A stretch of DNA of 64,000 bases from the NCBI GenBank assembly GCA_964187785.1, contig OZ076409.1, positions 81,656,001-81,720,000 on the forward strand. The letters are read 5' to 3'. This document shows, piece after piece, positions 48,501 to 59,735 of this stretch. Made by a program: the position numbers and the translations under genes. The notes under the pieces are model-generated. The model saw nothing but the letters and a program-made list of their open reading frames with translations. It was not told where the DNA came from and did not search any database. Each line of letters starts with the position of its first letter. The first letter of the stretch is position 1. The DNA comes from Amphiscolops sp. MND2022 (lineage: Eukaryota).

Positions 48501-49755
48501 TTATACTATACATTACATGACATTGAAATTATACTGTGAACTGGGGTTACAAGTTACCAAAGTACATAGAGTGTTGCAATTTGAACAGTCAAAATGGCTT
48601 CAGCAATATATACAGTTAAACACAATGAAACCAAAAGCGTCTACAAACAAGTTTGAAGAAAACTTTTTCAAACTAATGAGCCACTCTGCTTTTGGTAAAA
48701 CCATGGAAAGTAAAAGAAAACGATTGTCCATTGAGATTGTCCGCACGCAAGATGAGTTGCAAAAGCAAACAAGCAAAATGTGGATGAAAACGTTCAAGAT
48801 TTTCAACAACCAGTTGGCTGCCATAACGTTTGCACAGCGCAAAATTTACTGGGACAAGCCAACGATAGTCGGCGCTACCATCTTGGATTTATCTAAACGA
48901 CATATGTACTGGTTTCATTACATGTACATGAAACCAAACTTCCGAACATTAGTGCTCTACTCCGATACAGATTCCCTAATTTATGAAATCGAATCGGAAG
49001 ACATATACGCTGACCTCAAAGAAAACGAAGAAGTGCACCCAGAGTTTGACTTTTCAAACTATAAAGAAGATAATCAACTATATTCCAAACATCAAAAGTT
49101 GGAAACTTTGAAATTCAAAGACGAAGTTGGTGGTAAAATCATACACAGCATTGTTGCACTAAAATCAAAATTGTATTCAATCGCGATGGGTGATCAACAA
49201 AAAATTTCTGCAAAAGGAACAACCAAACATGCACAAAAGAACCTACAACACTCTGTATTTTATCGAATTCTCGAAAAAGAAACACTACTTAGAACATTAA
49301 ACTACACAATAAATAGTGAAAGACATAATCTGTTTACCTTGCAGACGACAAAAATTTCTCTAAGCTGTTTTGACGATAAAAGATATATAATGCCAAACGG
49401 CGTTGATACCTTACCTTTTGGACATTATTCTTTGCGAGACGACGTAATATTCAGAGAAATTGGAGCGGATTGCGATTGGGGGGACGAGGAGGAGGACTTT
49501 ATTCAGTCACCGATACAGTCAAACTCCAACCAACCAGCTTTATTTTCCCCACCCGACCCTGGACTTAATCAAGATGCAATAGAAGAAAGTGAATTACCAG
49601 ACGTTATTGACCTAACAGAGTTGTCTGATTTCGAAGAAGACTTACCCAATACCCAACCAAATGTATTTTTAGACTGTGAAGCAGTGGAAGTTCCCACCCG
49701 TGGTCCCCCTCCTCAGAAAAAAGTCAAATTTTATATTGATAATGAATTACAGTAA
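45589..49755 (+). CDS. pPolB: Protein-primed family B DNA polymerase with N-terminal C2H2 zinc fingers, putative OTU-like region and inserted endonuclease VII (HNH) domain
   Basis: Exonuclease motifs YLDTEA, HNMAGYD and YLHTDV. Polymerase motifs DANNLYG, KLMSHSAFGK and YSDTDS. Also CWIC..DHCH..G.AH..CNL and RKGVYPYSY. Confidence 0.96.
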   Translation: MGVECDLCLKTYSSLRNLRRHKQNIHNTQPKVQPFACSDCDFQNTSLVTMKQHFLQKHGHIIVNHCLYCNIVYGEAMKYSYHLEHDHGLPTIFTPRENDNIERMTGYQQVEKAFWGSLETYQLKRRITSIDLFELLCKEKNQIQNLIREKCRNGPTKFQLTTELKLVKPKVDDDSQETITIYTNTKLQPVYFYGITDNDYYQLIEQLTSALFTFASQGSGWILSEIKNLFVKFTSYSPIRGSSYIALPNKLQGCRSLLNIRNIEDENCFIYCYTAAYHLHTDIPLVETSSWRCKTIPGTYNPTYNPLAKKHAGNFRMPMPFHELERFEKLNKVQVNVFILEKKDLLPLRVSKFPSDFIMDLLLLSEGGSHHYVLITDLKHFVNFLKNKQSRSRDEICRNCFHICSSTGSFEIHKLNCYENEAAAIILPDEHKNIHQFKNTRAVWFVPLVIYLDTEALLVPLSTCAPSPSISSQVKLEKHVPCGYAFVIVEHGNDKVLSYRIMRVPDCLDDLIKELEKLATDIYHRKQSHRIYKGNPSTHKDTVNDCWICKKPFTNDEQKVLDHCHYSGTFLGWAHSECNLQRKSINFTPVIAHNMAGYDIHHICSAINNCNPKNKFSVIPTTDEKYISFTFSVWVNSYTDKNGMTKNVYEDMRFLDSFKFMPQSLDKLAGFLPQDKFIYLESQFNTYKTPSQIDLLKRKGVYPYSYMDSFDKFAEEKLPPKEFWKNTLAGGEVTISDQDLQHASLVYQEFDCKTLGHYHDLYLHTDVLILASVFEEFRKVCYATYGLDCAHFYTASNLSGEAFLKVCNADIELLTNREHLEVAENLIRGGISSVFAKRKFEANNKYLPTYNSSQKQTFGLFIDANNLYGGIMEKFPLPLKNFVLKREGEVDLQEILNTPNDSPVGYVLEVDLHYPDHLHDLHTDFPLAPTKETINFFWLGEYQTRLLEMSGTKTFSTKNKKLIQTLYDKTNYTIHYMTLKLYCELGLQVTKVHRVLQFEQSKWLQQYIQLNTMKPKASTNKFEENFFKLMSHSAFGKTMESKRKRLSIEIVRTQDELQKQTSKMWMKTFKIFNNQLAAITFAQRKIYWDKPTIVGATILDLSKRHMYWFHYMYMKPNFRTLVLYSDTDSLIYEIESEDIYADLKENEEVHPEFDFSNYKEDNQLYSKHQKLETLKFKDEVGGKIIHSIVALKSKLYSIAMGDQQKISAKGTTKHAQKNLQHSVFYRILEKETLLRTLNYTINSERHNLFTLQTTKISLSCFDDKRYIMPNGVDTLPFGHYSLRDDVIFREIGADCDWGDEEEDFIQSPIQSNSNQPALFSPPDPGLNQDAIEESELPDVIDLTELSDFEEDLPNTQPNVFLDCEAVEVPTRGPPPQKKVKFYIDNELQ

Positions 49756-50075
49756 TATCATTCACTAATTTTTCTTTGTATAACGTTAACAGCATAATAA
49801 AGCTTGAATTTGTGAAATTCATTTTGTTTTCAAACAAGAGTTGAAACGAAGAATGGTGGTTTACAGTTATATTAAATTTAACTTGGTTAGGTCAGGGGTT
49901 AGCAACAACATGTAGATTCAAAACGAATTTGTTGGGAAGTTAAGATATTTTACAGGTAGAAATAAGAACACCGCTACCACTACATTTGGAGGAACGCATA
50001 TTACTATTCCTAATAATATTAAGTGTTCATACAGATAAGAAAGTTGGAAATACCACTCCCTTTTTTAACAAGAAA

Positions 50076-50428
50076 GTTGTACCAGTATTAGTCAATCCAG
50101 CTTTACAATTCAATTACAACAAAATTTCAAGGTTAGTACTTTCCAAACTTTCAGACATTCAAAGAATAAACAAGAGTGTCTACGCTTTTACATGTACTTT
50201 CGCAAAAATCCGATTCCAAAAAGGAATACAAAAAGAATCCAAAAAACGAATACAAAAAGAATCCGACCAATAATTTACTTTCGTAGTCAAAAGCCGAAGT
50301 ATTTCTGAACACCAATTTGGAAGGACCCCTTCCTTTTAGGGATAGGTCCTAAAATTTCAGAGCAAGGACCCACCCCGTGAAAACCGAGGACCCCCCCCGT
50401 TGAAAGGCCGGCGGAAATGTTAACTACT
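50076..50428 (-). repeat. Polinton right terminal inverted repeat (353 bp)
   Basis: Ends TAACTACT, followed by the TSD TTCATG. Confidence 0.95.
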
Positions 50429-50676
50429 TTCATGGTATCCAAACCCAGAAAAAAATTTTTGAAAGTCTTGAAATTTGAAGTTTGAAAAATTGGAAAATTG
50501 TGGCCACACCAGGATGGGGGATGCATATTTAAGTTGGTCAGACTTGGGGGGTGTTAAATTTTAGAGATTATAAATTGCGCTCAAATTCTAACATGATTGC
50601 CTCAATTCTAACTTATCATACATAATCCGTAATAAGTATCAGTTAATCTTTTATTAGACTCATTTAGTGCAAACCA

Positions 50677-51630
50677 TGGTACAATACGACTCATTTTACT
50701 CATTACACCATGCCATACTACACGAACGTTATATTGCCTCTCGTTACTGCTGAATCAAATGACCCGCTGATCCAATGGTTGAAAAACTATATATTGCTGT
50801 CCTCGTCATTGGACTGTGAGCACTGTTGCAACCCAATGTCGGGGACAAAGAACAGCAAACTAAACTTGGAGATGGCTACAATTGGAGATGGATCAACAGG
50901 AAATGCACCAAGAAGAAAGGAGCCACCACAACGATTCAAAAGACAGCATTTTCGAAAACTCCAGGTTGTCTCTCAAGATGTACTTCCATGTGCTCTACCT
51001 ATGGTCAACCCATGATTCTGAGACCCACATTCGAGACCTTACAAAGGTCAGCATCCCCACATTGGTCAACTTGTTCATCATCTTCCGTCAAGTTTGCAGT
51101 CAATTTCTCCAAGCTCATCCAATTGAACTTGGTGGACCTGTGGCCGTTCTACAAATAGATGAGTCATGCTTAAGCCACAAGCAGGGTACCATTGCGGCAG
51201 AGAAGTTGAGCGCCAGATCTGGGTCTTTGGAATAGTGGACACCAGCTATAGGCCATCCCGTGGATACGTAGAGATTGTGGAACGGCGCAACGCGGCCACG
51301 TTGTTCCCCATCATTCAAAGTGTCTGCCTCGATGGTTCCATAATACATTCTGACGAATGGAAAGCTTATCAGAAGATACAGAGTGAACTTGGGTTTGAAC
51401 ATCACATGGTCCATCACTCAAAGCGTTTTGTAGCATCTGACGGGACACATCAACAGAACATAGAGTCCTACTGGAACCGCATCATGTCACTGATAAAGAG
51501 AATGAATGCCTGCGACAGAAACTTTCGCCACTGGTACCTCCAGGAGTTCATGTACAGAGAAAGATTCAATGAAGGAAACTTTTTCTTGAATTGTTTAGAG
51601 AACGAAAGTGTAAATATTTTTTCACTGTAA
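50677..51630 (+). pseudogene. Merlin / IS1595 (ISXO2-like) DDE transposase pseudogene
   Basis: Zn-ribbon CEHC..M, DG..WR, SIFE, QIDES, WVFG, IHSDEWKAY, HSKRFV, NIESYW and YLQEFMYR motifs are spread over four ORFs by frameshifts. Confidence 0.88.
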
Positions 51631-52127
51631 GGCAATCATCAGATTTAATATGAGTTAAATTAGTGGGGGGGGTGCATACTCAAGTTTGTCAAAATTGGGG
51701 AGTGTTAACTTTAGTTGAACAAAACTGGGGGGTTTAAAGTTAACAAGGACTATATGGGGATTTTAATCTTAACAAGATCCGTTTGTGAGTGTTGAATTCC
51801 ATAGAAGTACCTCTATCATACGGCCTCTATCATTTCGGATTTTTTTCATATGGAAACATGGGCTTAAATGAAAATCAAAACGAACATTTGAATTTCGAGT
51901 TATTACAACGTTTTGGCTCTTCAGGTGTGGACTAGGCCGTTCTCCGCGTGTTACATTTTGTGAATGCACTCTAAGGTTTTAGTGTAGCTTAAAGACTTGG
52001 CTTCGAAACAAAGTGTTAGCCCCAAAAAGAAAAATATAAAAGTTTCAATTTCCAAAAATCATCTTGTTTTCTTCATATATAAATTTTCAAATTCTGATTC
52101 ACTCTCTCATCAAGTAAAACCTACGGT

Positions 52128-54462
52128 CTACTCTGATCCGAAGTTATCTTTGTTCACAGTTTCAATGACTTTTTGGCACGGTTGGTAGTTTTCTATTGCC
52201 AGTCGATGCGTTTTCGGAAGATTATTTCGCCAGCTTTCCAGATTCAGTGTTCCGTTTCGTGGCTGTTCCGGATTGACACCCCCTGATCTGGTTTCTCGAG
52301 ACTGTGTAAGCTGTTTCGCCCTTTCAATCATTGATCTATCGAAAACAAGACCTGTGAATGCCAATATTTCAATCAATGTTTCTTCTGGCTGGGATACCAG
52401 TTGTCTGTATGTGATCTGCAGAAACCGTGCTTCTCCATGAGTTCTTAGAAAATGTTCACCTGAAAAACGTTTAGAATTCAGTTTCTTTAGTTTGCATTGC
52501 TTGCTTGTCCTGAAATTTTGAACACTTTTGTTAGGCTTAAGTGAAAGAAATTGTATTACCGTTGCTTTAAAACTTGTCCTCTTTAGACGGAAATAAAAAA
52601 ACTCCAGCATGAATATCTGCTTTCAATCAGACGTATCAAATGTCACAAAGATCCTACTAAACCACCGTTATTCTTTTTACTTTGCTTTTCTCCGCCAAAT
52701 ATGTTACTTTTGTAGTGGTAATACACCACTTATCTAGGAATTAAGTTTCCGTACTGAGAGTACATTACCTAAACGGTGTTTTGTCTAAGCATCCGATTGT
52801 CAATCAAAAACTGAATAACCTTGCTGAATATTTTGAGCCAATCGATCGCACACGCGTGCAGGACCAGAATATTTATTCTTGTGAGCAGACGACAGTGTTC
52901 TAATAGAGTTCTCAATTGCTCTGGGGTCTCTGATCAGGTGAATTATTTTCAAATTGGGATCCTCTTCAGCATATGGTATCAAAGGCTCAATGCTCATCCT
53001 GACTGTTTTCATGGTCCAATGTTTCTTGAGCCGACATTCTTCGAGGCCTTTCTCGATTTTGTAGATTTGTTGCCATGTGCTCATCTCTCGAGGACCCACG
53101 AACTTGAAAATATATTCATGGTAAAAAAATAATGGTAAGCATCACTGTAGACGCAAATTTATAAAAAACTATTAAGCTGTTTTCAAAACAAATCAAAGAA
53201 CCCTTCAATTTGTTGAAAAGCAAATGCAAAACGGACGTTTCATCTTAATGAGTTTGAAACTTTCAAGAAATGCGAACACGAAGATTACCAAAAAATTTGT
53301 ACTGACTTTGAAACTGTTGAGACCTTTTTTGGACTTCAAAGTTCCCATCACAGTCGTTCTGGATATATCCGAAAAGTTGCACCGAGTCAGTCTCCGCATC
53401 CACGAATTTTGAATTAGGGCGATTTGGCTGTTGTTCATTATGAGAGAAAACTCTGCCACACTGAATGGCTCAAATATGTAGAAAACATCCGGATGCCATC
53501 TTAGAATTTCTCCCAGAAGCGAAGATCCCGTTCTCATGTACGCTAATATAATCAACCTATAATAGATTGAACCTCTAAATTATCAATTCAAGTTATGGTA
53601 ACGTAGATAGAACGGTGACAATGAAACATTGAAACGGGTTCCAAAAAAACATAGTGAATTCATGAAAAAAACTAAATTAGTACGGAATGAATCCTTCAAT
53701 ACAATTTTTTTGTGAACTTTGCGAAAAAGTATATTAATTCACAAAAAAATTGTATTGAAGGATTCATTTCGTACTAATTTAGTTTTTTTCATGAATTCAC
53801 TATGTTTTTTTGGAACCCGTTTCTAATTATTTTGGTAGAAATTTGCATACAGGAAGAAGCAAGCATGATGGATCATTGGAAAAGCAGAAAACTAAATGCA
53901 GCCAGAGAAGGAATGTTTTCTTTTAAGGATCTTGCAATAATTCTTCAGGACGTTACAAGGAAATGCTTTTCTTTCGAGAACCTTGGAAGAATCTTTCAAT
54001 ACTATAAGAGAACAATAGTCTTTGTAATAAAGATTGTTTCTCGCAAAATTTCGGAAGGAAGGCACTTACTTGAAGGACGTGCATTTATTTGCAAAACGTT
54101 TAAACGAATTAATTGCATCTCGACAACCAGTGCCTTTATGAGTGTTTGTTGTTTTATATTGTTAAACATTGCCATATTTCATTGAATTTAAAAATTTCCA
54201 AAAAATCGGAAAATTTGAAAAAAATAAGTGTTAAAAATAGAAATTTTCCACACATAGTTCAATCTGGAGAGAGTTTTTTGAAAGACATTGTTTCTTGATT
54301 TCAAACTTACACACTTCTGTTGCTGTCGTTCCGCTCAGTGATTTCATTTGATCTTTCCGTCGGATTCAACGCTGTTTGTTTCATAGCAGGCCGTAAAATT
54401 GACAACATCGAGAGTGAATATAAAGAACCCAGTCCTAGGGGTAAAATTATTGATCTCCTCAT
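52128..54462 (-). CDS. Golgi carbohydrate sulfotransferase (CHST/Gal-GlcNAc-6-O type), 338 aa; exons 54462-54311, 53556-53307, 53102-52820, 52459-52128
   Basis: N-terminal signal anchor, 5'-PSB motif AYMRTGSSLLGE..FYIFEP and 3'-PB motif IIHLIRDPR. The GT-AG splice model gives a 1017-nt open frame; exon 1 is the least certain. Confidence 0.82.
53631..53823. repeat. Near-perfect palindrome (86-bp arms, 21-bp loop) in sulfotransferase intron 1
   Basis: GAAACGGGTTCC...TGTGAA / TTCACA...GGAACCCGTTTC, with one mismatch seen. Confidence 0.9.
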
Positions 54463-55282
54463 GGACTAAGATTTTGATTGCTTGTTGAATGTGCTATTTT
54501 TTGTCGATCAAACACAAGGGCCATGAAAAGAATTTAGTTCTTGGAAATCATTTGCCCGAAGGCAATTCGGCTGAATCATAATAATTGAAGTTTGTTCTAA
54601 AGTTTTAACAACTCACAAAACGAAAAGTCACAGATGATTCATCAGACAATCAGCATTTAACGTATACAATAGGTTACACTTTTTGTTTAGCATAATTCAG
54701 TCAATGACATAATGACTAGAGTCAAAAGCCGTTAGCCTGCTTAAAGCGATGGCAATGGTCAAGAAAAAAATGAAAAGATGTTTCACTTTCTAACTTTTAT
54801 TCGCATCATTTTCTGGACCGTATGAGTTTTTGTTTTTTTTCTGCTGCCCCACCTCCAACTTTTTCCAGAGATTTCGTGGAAATATTTGGACAAAAAGAAC
54901 AGAAAAGAGACCATCTTTTTCACTGAAATAATGATGCGGATGCCAACGACAAAAACATGTTAATTCCCATTGATACGTGGGAAATGTGAGCATAAAAACC
55001 GGTCATGTGTAAAGGAACTTTGCAAACACTTGTGACAAAATTTTGAAAGAAAAACAAAATATATGATAAAAAATGAGAAAAAGTGCCAACTAGGAGATGA
55101 CACGTTTTTTATACATTGCAATTGAAAACAAAAAATGCCCGGATATTGCAGTAAAGATCACAGAGAGAGAGAGAGAAAACACTGTATTATTGTATAGGGA
55201 TAGCTGGTGCCAGTATACAATAAGTGTAGATTGATTTATGCTGAAGCATAAATGATTTTTTCAAGTTTTACAGGGCGATAAA

Positions 55283-56170
55283 TCAGGTGAAGCGGAAATC
55301 ACGCCAAGTATGAGATGTATGGATAGGCATACGACTACTTTCCAAAGTTAGATGCCTTCTGAGACGACTTTTGAATGTGTGTAGACTTATACTAGTGTCT
55401 CTTAAGTACAACGGTAGTGAGTTCCACTTCGAAGAAGAATGATGAAAGAAAGAAAAAAGAGATACATGACTTCCCACGTAAATTATCTGATTAGTGCGAT
55501 CGTTCCACCTGAAAATCGCCGTAGGTAACTTTAAAGAGCTCTGGAAGGCTTTTTTAGTATTTTTGAGATATTGGAACAGAAATACAAGAGATTTCAAATC
55601 GATAAGTTGCTTTATTCCAATTATTTTCTTTTTTTCTCTCAGATCACTCGACGATTTAAAGCTCGAACGGAAGTAGACAGATTTTAATGCCCAGTTCATC
55701 TGTTTCTCAAGGGAAAGTAGCAAAGGAGGGGATATTTGAGTGAAAAAAATCGCAGAGTATTCGAAATGACTGATTATTAGCGCGTGGAAAAGCATGACTA
55801 AGACTGTGGTCGGAAATTTGTGTTGTATAGATTCAATAGTTTTTATTCCAACTGCCATGTTTTTCAGAACCTTTTTTACTTGGGTTTGGAAAGTCAAGTG
55901 TTGATCTAACGTTATTCCAAGATATTTACATTCACATTTCTTTTTGACAACTGAGGAGCACACGACAACTGTTTCGGAGTCTAGCTGTCTCTTGTCTTTT
56001 TTTCGGGAAAAAGTTATGAATTCTGTTTTACTACCATTCAAATTTAGTCGATGGGACTTAAAGTAACTTTCAAGTTTCAAAATATTTGTTTGCAAACATT
56101 GCAAAGCAATGTCAGGGTCCTGGTGACTACAAAAAAGCAAGCAATCATCGGCGTACTGGATAATGCGAGC
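55283..56170 (-). mobile_element. 5'-truncated non-LTR (LINE) retrotransposon, RT C-terminal part
   Basis: QYADD immediately upstream of and in frame with ORF 55283-56140; LN.SKT and KYLGITLD..LTF motifs. Confidence 0.88.
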
Positions 56171-56506
56171 ATCCTAGAATGTTTCTAAAAGTACCTTTTT
56201 TCCCCAAACTGTGTTCGCGAAACTTGTTCTGCAACTTGCCTTAGTGGTTGAGGTATGTGTTGATTAAGCGCAAAAGGAGTTCGGAAGTTTGAATCCGACC
56301 GAAACGTTTTCACAGAATGAAAAACTAGCAGACGCCGCATAGGGCTCTTCTGTGGTTTGGTGCTCTGAGACTTTTTTGTACTCCATTTCTTCTAAGGATC
56401 CCTTCCAAGATCTTTTCATAACTTCTAGCTAAGAAATGCTTTATTGGCATCATCAGGTTTTTATTGAAAACTGCTTTTAAACAAAATTAAAAGTTTATTG
56501 TGCAAA

Positions 56507-57036
56507 CCCTTGTCGAGATTGCTTGAACTTTTTACATGCTGCATGGAAACATGCAGGCTAATTTTTTATTAAACCTAGAAAATTCCGGGACCGTGCATGG
56601 AAACATTTTGTAGGATTACAATGCAGCTTTCGCTATTTGAACTAAAACTGGAAACAATTCCACTTCTCCACCGCGACGATCACTTTGTTTTCACGCGTAA
56701 GTTTCTCAAATAAGTACCATATGTAATCACCGTTAGCCAAATAGCACGCTGAGTATGACGCTACTTTGAAACTTATAATGTGACTGAAATTTGTTTGCAT
56801 TGAACATGGTAAAATTGATTAAGGTCTCAGCTGCTTTCAAAATTAGAACGGCATCTTTATGAAACCTGCAAAACCTGCCAAATTTAAGATGCAGTTTATA
56901 GGCAGCTTGATAAAATTAAATCGTATCAGTGAAGATTTAATGCATGGACATTTCTTTGAGAATTTTATAAAATCATAGAAAATTAGCTTGGTAACCTACA
57001 AAAACTTGTAAAAAGTTCAAGCAGTTCCAACCAGGG
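56507..57036. mobile_element. MITE with ~33-bp imperfect TIRs
   Basis: CCCTTGTCGAGATTGCTTGAACTTTTTACA / TGTAAAAAGTTCAAGCAGTTCCAACCAGGG. Confidence 0.6.
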
Positions 57037-57054
57037 AAGCTTAATAAAATCAAT

Positions 57055-58110
57055 TAAGATGGGAAATTTCCCTGACTACTTCGAGTTATCAAAATCTATA
57101 CCATTATATTGAAAGAAGATTAAATCATCCTGAAAATTATCGTCCAGTTAGCTATCTGAGTTCTACGGGTATGTTTTCAACAAACTTTTTGTTAACAAAA
57201 GGCGCATTTTTGCAAACAAATTCAAACCCTAACCGCTTAGCAGTATGGATTTCAGTTGAAGAGGTCTTGTGTCCACGCAATAGCAAAAATAACTGAGGTC
57301 ACATGAAAAACACGTAAACAATTCACAAAACAGGCATGCTTTATAGCTCTCAAAAAAGCTTTTGACACGCCTGCTCCTATTCTTCTGCAGCGAAAAATGT
57401 AACAAGACGAGAACGTCTAAAGTCGGCGCTATATCTAAGGCTCAAAAAGCGTAAAACACTTTTTTTGGAAAAAAATTGAAATTTTTGAAAAAATTTCTCT
57501 TTCAAAAGAAGTCGCATAGTGCCAAAAAATGTAAAAGGGGGGACCCTTCTGGATTTATTAACAAACATTCCGTTGCAAAATATCAAAAAACTCAAAGGGG
57601 GGACACTTTGGGGACATTAAAAATTTTTCGAAAAAAAGTCGCACAGTTCTGAAAGAAATCCAAAGGGGGGACCCTTTGGGCACGTCCGGTTTTGTATGTT
57701 TCCTTGAAAAAGTAAAAAATGAAAGGGGCGACCCTTTGGAGTAAAGTTTGCCTTGGGCGGACTTGGCCTCAGGTGCTCTGCGCAGAATTGTAAAAAGTGG
57801 ACCGATCAGTGTGGTCTGAAGAAAAAAAAGTCACTGCTATAGTCGGGCATTTTTCCTTAAAAGGAAAACGCGCCGACTAAAAATACGGGTTTCGAAGTAA
57901 AATAAAGGACGTATTGCTGGTTATTTGAAGAAAAAGAGACAACATATTTTCCTCGAGGTCATCATTAATGGAATGAAATCAATTGTGGCTGGCGTTCCAC
58001 AAAATGGCGTGCTGGAGGAACCGTCGCTGTTTTTGTTAATCACCGCATTTTCCCTTAAGGAAAAAACGTCCAACGATTACAGTGACAAGTTTTTTTTCGT
58101 CAGATAACAA
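57055..58110 (+). pseudogene. Highly decayed LINE reverse-transcriptase fragment interrupted by a HINE
   Basis: G.FP, ENYRPVS, QYGF and LKKAFD lie before the insertion and GVPQ after it; many stops and frameshifts. Confidence 0.7.
57401..57883 (-). mobile_element. HINE/DINE-1-like element, copy F
   Basis: AACAAGACGAGAACGTC..AGTCGGCGC ... AGTCGGGC..GCGCCGACTAAAAA. Confidence 0.75.
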
Positions 58111-59735
58111 AAAGTATGCGTAGTGGACACTATTTACAGAAACTACTAAACTACTTTTACGGCCAAGTCTGGCCAGCGAAACGCATCTAAGGTAGTGCAA
58201 AGGGTCCCACTTCCATTTTTTTCTTTTTAACGTAACATAGAAATCCGAACGAGACTAAAAGCCTTTCGAGTTTTTTGGCACTTTGAGACTTTTTTCGAGA
58301 ATTTTAAAATGTCTTCAAACGGTCAACCTTCATTTTTTGATACTTTGCAAACGAGTGAATGTTGAAAAATCTCAAAGAGTCCCCCTTTTCACATTTTTGG
58401 CCTTGTTAGACTGTTCCAAATTCTCATTTTTTGTCTGATATTAGGTTTTCTCAATATATTTTCGCCCAATGAATTTTTTCGATACCGTATCGATATAATT
58501 GCTTAATGAAGAATCCACAAAATTTCAAGAATTCAGGAAACCAGTGTAATTTGGCTTTTGGCGATTTTTCGCAGGTTACACACAGTATTAGTGCAAGAAT
58601 CCAGGAAATTATTTCACTCCACATTCTTCAATTCGTGAACCGCATGAACTATAATGCAGTTGAAGAATCCACATAAGACTACAACAGATTTGTTGCAGTC
58701 ACTGTTTTTCCCCGATTGGCGTCTGAATGACTGTTTGAATTTTGGAGGTGGAGATTTAACAATATTGCGCTATATTCGAATTTTCAACGTTATATCCGAA
58801 CTGTTTTGCGTTTTATTAAGGTGGAGGCGGAGGTTTGAAAACGAGCGCTCACATTTGTCCCAGCACGCTATATCCGAACTTCTGTAGTGTTGCCCGAGCG
58901 CGAAAGGCACTCTTTTGGTGTTTCGAAGATTTTGTGAAATTTCTATAAACGCCCTGAGCATATTTTCAAAGCTTTGCACTTTTTGAGCCTTAGTAGGTAT
59001 AGCGCCGACTTTAGACGTTTCCATCTAGTTTGTATATAAGCGACCTACCAAAGATTTTGAGCACCGCCGCTCGTCAATGTTCGCTGATTATATCACCGTC
59101 GTTAATACTGGTAAAAGAACCGAACAATTGGTACAAACGGGCATAGTAGATACAATGCTATGATGGTTTTCTGAGAACGCGTTGAAAATGTCATCAAAAA
59201 GTTAAACCAATGATGAGGTTTAGTTTATCGTGAACGACACATCTATTTCAAGAAACATTTTGTGATGCCCAAAAACTTGTTTGCGATGTCCAAAAAAAGT
59301 TTAACGAACTGCTTTTTTATGACATTGCATCAACAAATCCGCTTCCGGTTGGCCTCTAGCTATAGGTAACTGTGCTGCCGACTCAGAAGCCTTGTTTTGT
59401 ATGCTTGTCCCATGGCCAGATAAAATTTCAAAGGCTCTTGGGGCCTCAACTGTTTGTACACCAAAATGTCGTCAAGAGAGCAGCCCTAGTAAAGTCAACC
59501 TTCAATTATTTCGGTTTTACCTAAAGTTATGTTTCCCCATTCTTTGATGATAAGGAATCACTAAGTTCTAGGTGAGTCATTTTTTACCTAGGCCAATTAC
59601 AGCTCCTATATTTCTTGGAGTTGAAGATAGTAGCGTGGTGCAAAAATTAATCTTTTTTGTTCGTTAGTAAAAGATGCATCCTCCGAAATTCACTCACAAC
59701 TAATCACTATGGTAAATATAGACATTAAACATTTT

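Larger units (their letters stand above)
28968..50428 (+). mobile_element. Polinton/Maverick (endogenous adintovirus-like element), full length, 21,461 bp
   Basis: AGTAGT...ACTACT termini, 6-bp TSD TTCATG (28962-28967 and 50429-50434), long TIRs, and genes for pPolB, integrase, ATPase, protease and capsids. Confidence 0.97.

Noticed and set aside
28942..51780. Polinton nested within the TIRs of the Merlin element (GGATC.. at 28942 and ..GATCC at 51780)
   Set aside because: The similarity is weak and there is no matching 8-9-bp TSD.
53802..54185. 127-aa plus-strand ORF
   Set aside because: Antisense within the sulfotransferase intron and starting in the palindrome arm; no recognisable domain.
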